The notes beneath the pieces were generated by a model. The model did no database searches and was not told the origin of the DNA. It saw only the letters and a program-made list of their open reading frames with translations. Positions 45,589 through 55,551 of a stretch of 64,000 nt of DNA are shown one piece after another. The stretch is from positions 64,001 through 128,000 of the IMG/VR virus record IMGVR_UViG_3300033064_003894; one strand, written 5' to 3'. Both the position numbers and the translations under genes were made by a program. This DNA is from a virus. How positions within the stretch are numbered: position 1 is the first letter of the stretch; the number at the start of each line of letters is the position of its first letter.

Positions 45589-46998
45589 TTGTTACTAATG
45601 GAAAATAGAAGATTAACTGCATCATCATCATCAGGCAATGTGCCTGGTCAGGTGAAGATGTTCCTTGACAACATCAAGTCTGACGACAAGAGTGTTTATC
45701 TGTACATCCCAGCTGTAGCTGCAGGAGAATATTACGGACCCAACACATGGGGGGACTATTTTCCAGAAGAATCTTTAAAGAAGCATTACAAGTCATTTTA
45801 TAACGCAAAAGTATACAGGGGACATAAGAACTCAGACCCAAAGAAGTCAATAGGAGATGTAGTTCTTTCTGTGTATAACGACAGCAGGCATAGAATAGAG
45901 CTTGTTGTTAAAGTGTTTAGGGATATAGCGAAAGACGTTGCAGACGCGGCAGATGTTGGCAAGCCGGTCGGATTTTCTATGGGATGCCGAGTTCCTTACG
46001 AGGTATGCTCGCACTGTAAGGGAAAGTTTTATAAAACATCTGATAGGTGCTCACATTTAAGAGACCATATGAACAAACACCTTGATGGGAAACTTGTTTA
46101 TGCTGTTAACGAGCATCCGGACTTTTTCGATATATCGGAAACTCCAAAGCCTGCAGATAATACTATATGGCTAATAAAAAAGGTTGCTTCGTTAGAGTCA
46201 GGTGAAGAGGCGTCAGACGAGGACATTTCTCTGTCTCTAAGTGATCTTGCAGAGTTAGACATTTTGTCTCAGAGTATTAATAAAGAAGATATTGTTGCTA
46301 TGTCTAGATACGGGTTAGAGGACTTTGTTAAGTCCGCCAGCAGCCTTGGACTGTACGTAAAGCCAGAAGAATTTCAGTATGTGTTTCTATCCTCTGCAGG
46401 AAGGTCTGGTCTTGCGGATACACTTTATGATTCAGGAGTAACATTTTGCGACTACAATACTCCTCTAATGAAAGTGGCGGACGGCCTATATGACATGCTT
46501 ACGTCTAAAAACAAGCCAGAGGAGCATAGATTAAAATCGCGAGACATTCTTAAAGGGTACAACGGGAGGTTCATGCGCCCGGTGTTTGATAGAAAGACTG
46601 GCGAAGGTAGCATTAAATCTAACGATGCCGTCAACAATATTATGGGAGATATATCTAGTGCATATCTGGCATACAGAGGGAGTGAGACGTCGAAGGACCC
46701 AACATCTGAGGCAAACCAAGCATCTAACAATATTTTTAAATCTTCAAGCGCATCTTCTATCGCTATACCGGTTGCTGCAGGAATAGGTGCCAGCTACTTT
46801 GCTTCCGCAGACGCATGGAGGAGAGTTCGTCAAGGCAAGCCGGTGCCTGCGGTTGAAAAATTTATTGCTCAGAATCCAGCAATATCATCTCTTGTTATCG
46901 GCGGCGCGACCTGGAAAATCAACAAAAGGTTGTCTTCTGGTCTGTTTAAAAAGAAGCCGATAACCACAGCATCTGGAGCTCCAGCGGCTGCAAAGTAA
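45589..46998 (+). CDS. prohead maturation protease with zinc finger
   Basis: NTWGDYF, VYRGH (His), GFSMG (Ser), CSHC..CSH; lies upstream of scaffold and capsid. Confidence 0.75.
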   Translation: MLLMENRRLTASSSSGNVPGQVKMFLDNIKSDDKSVYLYIPAVAAGEYYGPNTWGDYFPEESLKKHYKSFYNAKVYRGHKNSDPKKSIGDVVLSVYNDSRHRIELVVKVFRDIAKDVADAADVGKPVGFSMGCRVPYEVCSHCKGKFYKTSDRCSHLRDHMNKHLDGKLVYAVNEHPDFFDISETPKPADNTIWLIKKVASLESGEEASDEDISLSLSDLAELDILSQSINKEDIVAMSRYGLEDFVKSASSLGLYVKPEEFQYVFLSSAGRSGLADTLYDSGVTFCDYNTPLMKVADGLYDMLTSKNKPEEHRLKSRDILKGYNGRFMRPVFDRKTGEGSIKSNDAVNNIMGDISSAYLAYRGSETSKDPTSEANQASNNIFKSSSASSIAIPVAAGIGASYFASADAWRRVRQGKPVPAVEKFIAQNPAISSLVIGGATWKINKRLSSGLFKKKPITTASGAPAAAK

Positions 46999-47005
46999 CA
47001 TATAT

Positions 47006-47066
47006 TTGACGGATTAACTAAAAGCAAGACAATAACGTAATGAGGCAGGGTAGCTCCTTGTCTCAT
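47006..47066 (+). promoter_or_regulatory. sigma70-like promoter plus 5' hairpin
   Basis: TTGACG-16 nt-GACAAT, then 11-bp stem ATGAGGCAGGG/CCTTGTCTCAT. Confidence 0.45.
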
Positions 47067-47090
47067 ATTCGTACAACCATAAAAAATAAA

Positions 47091-47612
47091 ATGACATTCA
47101 ACATTGACAACTTTATGGCCGTAGTGAAACAAGTAAAAGAGCTAAAGAAGCAAGCTGAAGCTGCGCCAATTGAGGCGGCAGCGGACGCGAGGGGACAGGC
47201 GATTGCCCAACAGGCTGCAGCTTCGCAAGTTGCCGCAGCTGGTAATGAGCAAGTGCAGGTTGCCGAAATGCTTGGCGGTTCAATGGGAGAGCAGCAAGCT
47301 CTTGCGGACGGGCAGAAGGAACTGGCTGATGGACAGAACCTTTTGGCTCAAGCCGCGCAGGAAATGGCAGTTGAAACTGTTATTAACCAGCCAACCAATG
47401 CAGAGACACTGCAAGCCAAAGTAGCTTCTGAAGACCGTATCGCGACAATCTTGGCGGCAGTCAAAGACGAGCTTGGAAAGCATGCTTCGGAAGAAGATGC
47501 AGACGAGCTTTATAAGACTGCGGAAGAGGCTGTTCAGTATGGTCGCTTGATGGCTCTTGGGTTCCTCGACGGCGTCCAAGAAATCCTCAACACCGACGGT
47601 GAAGGGGAGTAA
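47091..47612 (+). CDS. Ala/Gln/Glu-rich scaffold-like head protein
   Basis: Helical acidic protein with KQAE, KVAS, KHAS, KTAE motifs; start moved past the hairpin. Confidence 0.6.
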   Translation: MTFNIDNFMAVVKQVKELKKQAEAAPIEAAADARGQAIAQQAAASQVAAAGNEQVQVAEMLGGSMGEQQALADGQKELADGQNLLAQAAQEMAVETVINQPTNAETLQAKVASEDRIATILAAVKDELGKHASEEDADELYKTAEEAVQYGRLMALGFLDGVQEILNTDGEGE

Positions 47613-47617
47613 GCAGC

Positions 47618-47959
47618 ATGGCTGAAAGGCTAAACGAAATCCTAGTTAAACTAGGCCAAGACGACAGTGAGGAATCTTCGGCGCTTCTTGATAACATCAA
47701 CAAGCTTTCAGAAGAAAATCCTGAATTTTTTAAAGCTTATGTAAGTAAGCTAGAGAAAAGTGCCGAAGAGGCCGATATGGCTTATATGGCTGGGGCTCAG
47801 TTTGCTAATCAGCTATTAAAACTAGCTGCAGTACGGCAGGACACTGATGGCGTTCCGGATGAGTTAGTCGAGAAGACTGCCTCCCGGCACGGTGTATCTC
47901 AGGCGGCGCATTTGTTTGCAGAGTTTGGTTCAGCGATTCTACGTATGAAGGGTAATTAG
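47618..47959 (+). CDS. putative head/scaffold protein
   Basis: KSAE, KLAA, KTAS motifs. Confidence 0.6.
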   Translation: MAERLNEILVKLGQDDSEESSALLDNINKLSEENPEFFKAYVSKLEKSAEEADMAYMAGAQFANQLLKLAAVRQDTDGVPDELVEKTASRHGVSQAAHLFAEFGSAILRMKGN

Positions 47960-47970
47960 AAGTATTAGCT

Positions 47971-48375
47971 ATGGCTACTACGCATGATCTTACATCGATG
48001 TTGAAAGAAGCGCAAGAGCTATTGACCTCCACAGGGGGGACAATACAGCGACTTAGAAATTCATTGGTGCAGGAGCGTGCGGAGAAAACAGAGCTTATAT
48101 CTAAAATCGCCGCAATGTCACGCGAGTTTGAATTCCAAAAATTATTGGATGATATGATTGGCGAAGGCATCATAGGGTACGAATCAAAGAACGAAAAGCT
48201 AGAAGAAATGCTAAAGTCAGGATATGACCCGATTGTGTATCGGGAGGCTGTCAATATCGCTGCTGGTATGACTCAGCTTGGGAAGCTTAGCGACCAAGAA
48301 GAGTTAGAAAAAGATGCTGAGAACCCTTTAGATAGTGTTCTTATCAGCTTCATTCGAAACAAAAAACAATACTAA
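47971..48375 (+). CDS. putative scaffold protein
   Basis: Coiled coil upstream of decoration and capsid genes. Confidence 0.6.
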   Translation: MATTHDLTSMLKEAQELLTSTGGTIQRLRNSLVQERAEKTELISKIAAMSREFEFQKLLDDMIGEGIIGYESKNEKLEEMLKSGYDPIVYREAVNIAAGMTQLGKLSDQEELEKDAENPLDSVLISFIRNKKQY

Positions 48376-48396
48376 TAAAAAAATAGGGAAACAATA

Positions 48397-48972
48397 ATGG
48401 CTGTAACTAACGGAATGGGTGATTACGGAAGTCAGCAGACTGCCAATGGCGTCGTAGAATTGCTTTCCCCGCTTCAGATGGTATGGCGTCGTGGTATCGA
48501 GTGGGGCGGAACAGCTGCACTCTCAAGCGACGGCATCAGTGTAACGGTCACATCCACTAACCTTCCAAAGGAAGGCAACCTGGTTAGGATCAATTCAAGC
48601 GGGAAGGCGGTTTCTTTGACTGAAAATTTGGCAACTACTGACTCTGGAACGACTAGCCTTGCCCTTGTTTGGGTGGGGTATGAGGTATCAGATGCGGCGG
48701 CTTCGGACGTCATAACTGTTATCGATGCTCCGTGGTATCTCTTTGAGATATCATCGGAACGAGTTTCTGCGAGCTATGCATTAACAGCAGGCTTTCTAGT
48801 GTATTACGATGGCGCGGCGAACCTCTTCTATGGTGAGGAATTTACGGCTAGTGGTAAAACCAATAGCACGTATGGTTACCATTGCGGAGTTTCAGAAGGC
48901 GCAGCAACAAGGAATGGCTCAACGTACTTTAGAGTTCGTTGGAATCGTTCCACAAATATGGGGCAACTATAA
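48397..48972 (+). CDS. putative capsid decoration/cement protein
   Basis: Beta-rich, Thr/Ser/Gly-rich, immediately upstream of the capsid gene. Confidence 0.55.
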   Translation: MAVTNGMGDYGSQQTANGVVELLSPLQMVWRRGIEWGGTAALSSDGISVTVTSTNLPKEGNLVRINSSGKAVSLTENLATTDSGTTSLALVWVGYEVSDAAASDVITVIDAPWYLFEISSERVSASYALTAGFLVYYDGAANLFYGEEFTASGKTNSTYGYHCGVSEGAATRNGSTYFRVRWNRSTNMGQL

Positions 48973-48975
48973 GCT

Positions 48976-49983
48976 ATGGAAAAAATCAGCAAAGAAGCAT
49001 TGGCGGCTGCATTTGGAGAGATGCTCGACTCAGAAGGTGGCACCGACACGTTACGAGAAGCTGGCACGCAGTATGTGCGCCAGAAGATGCGTGAGGAGTC
49101 TTTCGTAAGAAAGATATTGCCAGCGGAAAAAGTCACAAAGCATGACCTGCAGCGCAACGTAAAAAATGATAGTCTAGAAAAGATCGTCGACCTGGAACCC
49201 AACTCAATGGCCGTAGCGGTTAACTTCCGCAGCGATACGATTGAGCAGTTCGTGGAAGGATCAAGATATGCTATTGCTTTCCATAACATCACAACTCCTG
49301 TCTATCATAAGACAGAAGAAGAGTTGCTGGCTTATGAGATGCCTGTAGTAGAAATCATCGAGCGCAACTCGGTGAAAGATGTTCAGGCGGCAGAAGACAG
49401 ACAGTTTATTAAGTATATTGCGGCAGCACTAACTCGTTCAAACCAGTGGCATTCAGTTGCCTCTGCGGCAAGCGGTGGTGACCCGTATACAGGAGCAATG
49501 ACAAGTGGTCGTTTCCTCACGCGTGCAATACGTGCGCTAGAGCAAAACAACCAACTCGTTGCAGATAAGCTGCTTATGTCAAAGTCGACCTACACTGATC
49601 TACTTGGACTAGGTACAGAACAATTGGGTGACGTTTTAAGAAGTGAAGTATTCCAAAACGGTTATATGACTGGTACCTTGTTTGGTAAGCAGTTCATCGT
49701 AACCCTTAAGGAGGACCTCGTTCCTTACGGCGCCATTATAGCGTTTACATCGCCCGAGTTTATGGGAAACTTCTACGTACTTGGAAACACCAAGTTCTGG
49801 ATAGAGAAGAAGGCAAACCTTATTTCCTGGAGAACCTGGGAAACGGTCGGTCTTGGTATCGGTAACATAAAAGCTATCGGTGCTCTCTTCTGGAATGATG
49901 CGCAAACTAGCACGCTGTTTGGCCTACCAGCCCACGCGGCTATTACGACAGTATCAATGACGTCATCGGTGTCGGTATTCTAA
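48976..49983 (+). CDS. major capsid protein (HK97 fold)
   Basis: 335 aa; VRQKMREESFVRKILP, KDVQAAEDRQF, TLFGKQFIVT, WETVGLGIGN; followed by a terminator. Confidence 0.8.
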   Translation: MEKISKEALAAAFGEMLDSEGGTDTLREAGTQYVRQKMREESFVRKILPAEKVTKHDLQRNVKNDSLEKIVDLEPNSMAVAVNFRSDTIEQFVEGSRYAIAFHNITTPVYHKTEEELLAYEMPVVEIIERNSVKDVQAAEDRQFIKYIAAALTRSNQWHSVASAASGGDPYTGAMTSGRFLTRAIRALEQNNQLVADKLLMSKSTYTDLLGLGTEQLGDVLRSEVFQNGYMTGTLFGKQFIVTLKEDLVPYGAIIAFTSPEFMGNFYVLGNTKFWIEKKANLISWRTWETVGLGIGNIKAIGALFWNDAQTSTLFGLPAHAAITTVSMTSSVSVF

Positions 49984-50004
49984 GAATAAACAGAGTCAAC
50001 AAGG

Positions 50005-50038
50005 TCGGGACCCGGTTTTGCTGGGTCCTGATTTTTTT
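50005..50038 (+). terminator. intrinsic terminator after the capsid gene
   Basis: TCGGGACCCGG-TTTTG-CTGGGTCCTGA then T7. Confidence 0.85.
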
Positions 50039-50050
50039 GTATAATCTGGC

Positions 50051-50398
50051 ATGTACAAGAACATAACAGACCAAGATGTAACTATCTGTGGTCATACAAA
50101 AGTGATAGTCCATCCAGGAGAGATTTACTACCCAGCAGCAGGAATGGAAAATCAGGTTTATTACCATGTATCAATGGGTCATCTTGCAGCTGCAGCATCT
50201 AAGAAAGAAAAGATAACTGCTGCACAGGTTGAAGTCGCCAAGGTGGCAGAAGAGGATGTAGTTGTTGAAGTAGTAGACAACTCTCTTGAAGTAGTAGACA
50301 ACTCTCTTGAAGTAGAAGAAGATGAGATAGATGATCTCCCTTCAGAGTCTACCTTGTCAACTCCAAAGAATAAGCTTCGTAGGCAAAAGAGATCTTAA
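50051..50398 (+). CDS. hypothetical protein, acidic low-complexity tail
   Basis: 115-aa ORF after the capsid gene. Confidence 0.6.
   Translation: MYKNITDQDVTICGHTKVIVHPGEIYYPAAGMENQVYYHVSMGHLAAAASKKEKITAAQVEVAKVAEEDVVVEVVDNSLEVVDNSLEVEEDEIDDLPSESTLSTPKNKLRRQKRS
50265..50315 (+). repeat. 21-bp in-frame tandem repeat (EVVDNSL x2.4)
   Basis: TTGAAGTAGTAGACAACTCTC repeated. Confidence 0.85.
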
Positions 50399-50437
50399 TT
50401 GCGGCCGCATAAATTTTAGATATAATAAATAAACTCT

Positions 50438-50923
50438 ATGGATAAATCCACTTTTGTTGCTTACGTGAGAGACCTTCTTCAGGACAGTCCTGAGTCGAAT
50501 GCTCTTTTGAATGGTAGAGAGATGGGAGATAAGACTTTAAATGCATGCGCTGAGCTTGCCTTGGCCGACTTTAATGCAACTCCTCCTGTCATAACAGGAT
50601 ATGGTATAGGTGACTTCCCTGCGTACTCTATTCTTATTTATGGGACAATGATTGAGGCGTTAACAATGTCTGGTATCTTGGCGTCTAGAAATAAGATTAA
50701 TTATAATGCTGGCGGTGTTCAGGTAGAAATAAATTCAAAGTCGACAGAATACATGAACTGGATATCATTACTTATGGGCAGATATCAACAGATGAAATCT
50801 CAATATAAACAAGCGCTGTCAATGAATAGTGCATATAGAGGAGTATCAAGCGAGTACCTCTTTGCTGGACTTGGCGACGCCGTTGGTGGATTAAGAAGCG
50901 ACATCATAGATGCTATGAACTAA
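50438..50923 (+). CDS. putative head-tail adaptor (neck) protein
   Basis: Helical N-terminus (YVRDLLQD), YNAGGVQVEI hairpin; gene position. Confidence 0.6.
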   Translation: MDKSTFVAYVRDLLQDSPESNALLNGREMGDKTLNACAELALADFNATPPVITGYGIGDFPAYSILIYGTMIEALTMSGILASRNKINYNAGGVQVEINSKSTEYMNWISLLMGRYQQMKSQYKQALSMNSAYRGVSSEYLFAGLGDAVGGLRSDIIDAMN

Positions 50924-50924
50924 C

Positions 50925-51182
50925 ATGAAAACTACACAAGAACGAATTGAAGAGTTCCTTAGCGGTCTTCCAGCCGATAGACTTGAAAGGTTTGCAGAAG
51001 CACTCACTAAAGTAGAAGAAAACATAAAGTACGCGGAGCTTTCTGAAATAACAGGTCAAACTGTTGATCAGATAAAGTCAGCTGAGCTTATTAATGATCT
51101 TGTAATGGAAGGGTTCTATTCAGGGCTTGACGATATTATGGATTCAGGCGGACTGTCTTCATTGATTAAGGAGAACAAATAA
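50925..51182 (+). CDS. putative virion protein
   Basis: IKYAE, IKSAE motifs. Confidence 0.55.
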   Translation: MKTTQERIEEFLSGLPADRLERFAEALTKVEENIKYAELSEITGQTVDQIKSAELINDLVMEGFYSGLDDIMDSGGLSSLIKENK

Positions 51183-51739
51183 TGAATAACGGGATTAAAC
51201 AGTACATACTTGACATTGACTCAGAAGCTATATTGTCTGCAAGGACTCAAGATGATAATTTTCTCAAGTTGGCTAGCTCTAAAAATGACAGTCTTGAGAA
51301 GGTAGCCTCTGAACTTGCAGAGGAGATATACCAAGAAATGAAGTCAGATGAAGACTTTAGGGATCATGTAATCTGTATATACAAGGAAGCTAAGATTTCT
51401 ATGCCATCCATTAAGGCTGGATTTTCCAAGCACGGGCCTATGGCGCTTGCCGGCATTGCAGCGGCAGGGTCTGGATACGCAATAGGAAAGTCTAGATCAA
51501 CAGATAAATCTGTTACTGGTCTAGCCAAAATGCTTGCAGCTGAGACCACGTCTGATATACAAACAGAACAAATTATGGGAAGGGAAATGATGAGGAATCG
51601 TAGCGCAATCCTGTCCTTGGCTAGAGCTCTTGATGGGCAAGTGGGCATAAAAAAGAAGGCTTCATGCACACTATCAAGCGCCGCATCTGTAGCTATGGCT
51701 GCGGCAAAGAATAAGAAAGTCATAAAAGCAGTGAAATAA
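51182..51739 (+). CDS. putative internal virion protein
   Basis: KLAS, KVAS, KEAK, KKAS motifs; hydrophobic ALAGIAAAGSGYAIG. Confidence 0.55.
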   Translation: MNNGIKQYILDIDSEAILSARTQDDNFLKLASSKNDSLEKVASELAEEIYQEMKSDEDFRDHVICIYKEAKISMPSIKAGFSKHGPMALAGIAAAGSGYAIGKSRSTDKSVTGLAKMLAAETTSDIQTEQIMGREMMRNRSAILSLARALDGQVGIKKKASCTLSSAASVAMAAAKNKKVIKAVK

Positions 51740-51742
51740 TGG

Positions 51743-52642
51743 ATGATTAATGTCAAAGTATCATGGCTGACTCCAAAGTCGGTCAGCATAATATGGGAAG
51801 AAATTCCATCAGAAACGGCTGCTAGTTATAGCGGCCACTTTTATGTTGCACAGAGGTCTAATGCAAAGAACGGCGAATTCTATAACTTAGGCTCTCCTGT
51901 TCTTCCAAGCTCCACGTTAAGCCTTATAGACGCAGACCTTCCTACAGAAAATAGGAACGATGTGTTTTTTTATCGCATACAAAGAAGGGCTGCAAATGGC
52001 GACATATTAAAGACGTCCAGCGTAGAGAATCCTAGAAGGGAGCGTCCATATATTGCTTTAGAAATAATAAGAAGAACGAACCTTCTCCTTAGACGATTAT
52101 CTGGTATACGTGCATTTCTTTTTACAAAGTCTTCTTCTGGAGAGAGATGTAGTTCATGCTGGGATCCAATAAAGGAAAGGAAGACCAAATCTCATTGTCC
52201 TATATGCCTAGGCGAAGATTATGTTGGTGGTTATTCTCAGGCAACTCCTATTCTTATTCTTCAGAACTCATCCTCTATATCTAAAGTGGTTGACATAACG
52301 GGATCAATGGAGAACATTGCTTCAAACTTTGTAACGTCTAACTATCCTCCAATAAAGCCAGGAGATTTAATAGTTCTTGACAGCTTTAGATTTTATCGAG
52401 TAGACAATGTATCTGCAATAAACTTTAGAGACGTAACCGTAGTTCAGGCTCTAGGCATGTCGTCTTTAGAGAAAGGAAGAGAGATAAGTAATTTAACAAT
52501 ACCAAGCTTTTCTGAGTTTGACGAAATGGATCTAATCCATAGGCAGTATGGAGGACTGTCAGGAGACACTCTTGACAAGACGATTGACAACAAGCTTGTT
52601 CATGGAGAGTTTTATATAGATAAAGAGGGGTACGCTAAGTGA
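51743..52642 (+). CDS. putative neck/head-closure protein with FN3-like N-terminus and zinc finger
   Basis: SIIWE..YVAQRS..FYRI; GERCSSCWD..CPICLGEDYVGGY. Confidence 0.6.
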   Translation: MINVKVSWLTPKSVSIIWEEIPSETAASYSGHFYVAQRSNAKNGEFYNLGSPVLPSSTLSLIDADLPTENRNDVFFYRIQRRAANGDILKTSSVENPRRERPYIALEIIRRTNLLLRRLSGIRAFLFTKSSSGERCSSCWDPIKERKTKSHCPICLGEDYVGGYSQATPILILQNSSSISKVVDITGSMENIASNFVTSNYPPIKPGDLIVLDSFRFYRVDNVSAINFRDVTVVQALGMSSLEKGREISNLTIPSFSEFDEMDLIHRQYGGLSGDTLDKTIDNKLVHGEFYIDKEGYAK

Positions 52643-52929
52643 AGAAGCTAAAGTCGGTAGATCAGCAAGAAAAGGTATACAAGTCATTTGATTTTGAATT
52701 CGTGTTTCGTGATAACTATAAAGAACTCCTTACTAAGGGCATAGAAGATAAATATGGCAAGAGAGCAAAGGTCGTGTGGTCTGGATTTTATCTTACAGTA
52801 GATTTGTCTGGTGGTAGCAAAAGTGACAGAAAGGAAATAGCTGATATTATGAGCGCTGTAGTAATGGAGGCGTATTCTAAAACGTCTAAGTACATTAGAT
52901 TTAGAGAATTAGGAGAGACTGATGCCTGA
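52639..52929 (+). CDS. hypothetical protein
   Basis: 96-aa ORF in the neck-tail string. Confidence 0.5.
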   Translation: MKKLKSVDQQEKVYKSFDFEFVFRDNYKELLTKGIEDKYGKRAKVVWSGFYLTVDLSGGSKSDRKEIADIMSAVVMEAYSKTSKYIRFRELGETDA

Positions 52930-53509
52930 AATCCACGATCCTGAACCTAAGGACCTGTATCCTTCATTCCCTATAAATGGGATGAAAGACATTATTTTGT
53001 CTTCCCTTAAGGGTTTTTACGCTAACCACAAAGAGTTCCCGTGGTCAAGCGATCAAAAAAAGTCAGCTATTGCAATATCAGACTCGTACCCGATAGATAG
53101 GGAAAACCATGACAGGTACCCTCTTATTGTAATAAAGAGAAACCCATTTCAGTTTAGGAATCGACATCTGAATCAATCCTTATATAATAATCTATCGGAT
53201 AGGCAATCAAAAATGGACATTCTTTATGGTACTCTCGACGTGCTTTGTACCTCAACGGTGGGATTAGAGGCGGATAGAATAGCAGAAGAAGTATTCCTAT
53301 TTCTTTGTTTTTACAGAGATCAAATAAGCATGAAAGGAATTTTTGACATTAGAAGCCTTGTGCTTGGGGAAGAGTCCATACAGAGAGCAGGATCAGATAC
53401 AGACACAGTTACTGTGCCAGTTAGGGCGGTTATTGAAGTCCCTTACTCATGGGAAGTCCTAGAGTTTGGGTCGACATTGGAAGACATACTTGTGCGTGTA
53501 AGAGAATAA
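52922..53509 (+). CDS. putative tail terminator/completion protein
   Basis: YPLIVIKR..LEADRIAEEV; immediately upstream of the sheath. Confidence 0.55.
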   Translation: MPEIHDPEPKDLYPSFPINGMKDIILSSLKGFYANHKEFPWSSDQKKSAIAISDSYPIDRENHDRYPLIVIKRNPFQFRNRHLNQSLYNNLSDRQSKMDILYGTLDVLCTSTVGLEADRIAEEVFLFLCFYRDQISMKGIFDIRSLVLGEESIQRAGSDTDTVTVPVRAVIEVPYSWEVLEFGSTLEDILVRVRE

Positions 53510-53512
53510 GTT

Positions 53513-55546
53513 ATGGCAAGCAGACTAAATCAACCTGGAGTAGAAGTTCAACAACTTACAGACGAGCGTCGTCCAACCGTGTTTCGTCCAGTAATGGTGC
53601 CATGTATTTTTGGCATCCACAACAACATTCAGAAGAATCTGGATCTTGTATATCACGCTGATGGAGCTGCAAATTCGGGCGTTGTAATAGCTTCCGGATT
53701 GTCAACCGTAACGTCTCAGATAATTAGTTCTTCTTCTTTGTCAGTATACGCTGAGACAACACGTGGGCTTGCACCGCTGACTATTACAACTCACTACACG
53801 GCCAGTTTTGATATAGAACTTGGTGTGACAAACCTTATCACAATAAAGGATCCTATTGATATAACTAAGCAGCTAGTCTCTACAAATTCTTCGACATCGA
53901 TAAACTCTCTATCTAGTGCAGGGACCAACTATGTAATCATAACGGACACAGGAGCAGACTTCTCTCAGGCAGGAATAAAGCCTGGAGATTTAATCACGAT
54001 TGATTTCGCAACATCTGTTAGAAATTCTAGCGGAGCATTTACTGGGCAAGATCTAACTGTTGTTGAGGTGTCAGACAGCCAGAACCTTAAATCTGTGTGG
54101 AGTAACAACAATTCATCATGGGTAAGCGAATACAGCGTTTCATACGCTGCATGGACTCCGACTATGACAGATGTTAGCGGTCAGATACTTGTAAGTTATA
54201 CGGGTAGGGTGATTAATGATGTAAATAAAATTGTAGAGATAATTAGTAATGAGGATGCTAGGAATCAGTTTGGTGTTCTTGAGCCTGAGAATCCTCTTGG
54301 ATATCATGTATTGTCAGCTCTCTCAGCAACAGACAAGTCATTATATGCAATGCGTGTAGCTACAGATGACACAGCAGGATATGACTCAGCTCTTGACTCT
54401 ATGAGGAACGAAGAAGACATTTACTTCGTAGTCCCAACTACGCAGTCTTCAACGGTGGCTTCATTATGTGAGGTGCACGTTGATTACATGAGTTTGCCTG
54501 AGAATAAGGCTGAGCGGGTGGCGTTCATTAACAGGACTGTTCCTGACTACGATGTAAAATTCAACCTTGACACTCCAATAGATATTTTGGAAGTTGGCCC
54601 CGCATCCACAGGACTGTCAATGAGCGACGCGGGATGGACATCAGGACTGCCATTCATAGTACCAGGAGACATTTGGAGGCCTAATGAGACAGTGATACTT
54701 TCAAATGGATCAGTAGTTAACAATTCAGATGTAAGATTGACTGTTATAGCAAAATCAGGAACAGTTGTTACTGTGTCCGGAGCAATAGCTTATTATAATG
54801 GTTTAGCTGCTCCTGCAACAACCGCCGTCGAAGGATTTTTTACAACCACAAACTACACCAAAGACAATAGAGCGAAGTATCTTTCAGCGCTTGGTGAGGC
54901 GTATGACAATAAGAGAATAATTAATGTTGTACCAGACAACTGCAAGATGTTCGTTTCTAGGATTAAGCAAAAGGCTCCTACTTGGGAGCTTTATGCTGAG
55001 AATGCAGAAGAAACAGTAAATGGAACAAATATATGCGCATCGTTAGCTGCGTATGCTTCTGCTGTTGCACCATCCAAGCCTCTAACTAACGAAATAGTCC
55101 CAGGCATCACAGATCTAATTGGGTCAAATGACATTATGACAAATGACCACTTAGACACTATTGCAGGAGGAGGAAACTGGATTCTTATTAGAACCAGAGG
55201 CGGTGGTATTTCAACAACGAGGCATCAACTAACGACAGCCGTCTCTGATGTGAACACAAGAGAATTCTCTGTGGTTAAGTCAATAGACTTCGCTGCTAAG
55301 ACGTTTAGGGCTTATCTGAGGCCTCTTGTAGGAAAGAGCACCATAACCGACAATTTTATTAAGAAGGTTCTCAGGCCTGTCACATTCGCTGCTATGCATG
55401 CATTAATTGAAGGTGGGACAGTGTCCGGCAAGTCATCAGTCCTTAGCATTGTTCAAAACACTGACGATCCTACTAAAATAACGATTGAAGTTAAGATAGT
55501 TCCGCTGTACCCAGCTAACTACTTCGTAGTGAAAATTTACGTATAA
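53513..55546 (+). CDS. contractile tail sheath protein
   Basis: N-terminal QPGVEVQ; C-terminal RHQLTT, REFSVVKSIDF, PLYPANYFVVKI. Confidence 0.88.
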   Translation: MASRLNQPGVEVQQLTDERRPTVFRPVMVPCIFGIHNNIQKNLDLVYHADGAANSGVVIASGLSTVTSQIISSSSLSVYAETTRGLAPLTITTHYTASFDIELGVTNLITIKDPIDITKQLVSTNSSTSINSLSSAGTNYVIITDTGADFSQAGIKPGDLITIDFATSVRNSSGAFTGQDLTVVEVSDSQNLKSVWSNNNSSWVSEYSVSYAAWTPTMTDVSGQILVSYTGRVINDVNKIVEIISNEDARNQFGVLEPENPLGYHVLSALSATDKSLYAMRVATDDTAGYDSALDSMRNEEDIYFVVPTTQSSTVASLCEVHVDYMSLPENKAERVAFINRTVPDYDVKFNLDTPIDILEVGPASTGLSMSDAGWTSGLPFIVPGDIWRPNETVILSNGSVVNNSDVRLTVIAKSGTVVTVSGAIAYYNGLAAPATTAVEGFFTTTNYTKDNRAKYLSALGEAYDNKRIINVVPDNCKMFVSRIKQKAPTWELYAENAEETVNGTNICASLAAYASAVAPSKPLTNEIVPGITDLIGSNDIMTNDHLDTIAGGGNWILIRTRGGGISTTRHQLTTAVSDVNTREFSVVKSIDFAAKTFRAYLRPLVGKSTITDNFIKKVLRPVTFAAMHALIEGGTVSGKSSVLSIVQNTDDPTKITIEVKIVPLYPANYFVVKIYV

Positions 55547-55551
55547 AAAAA

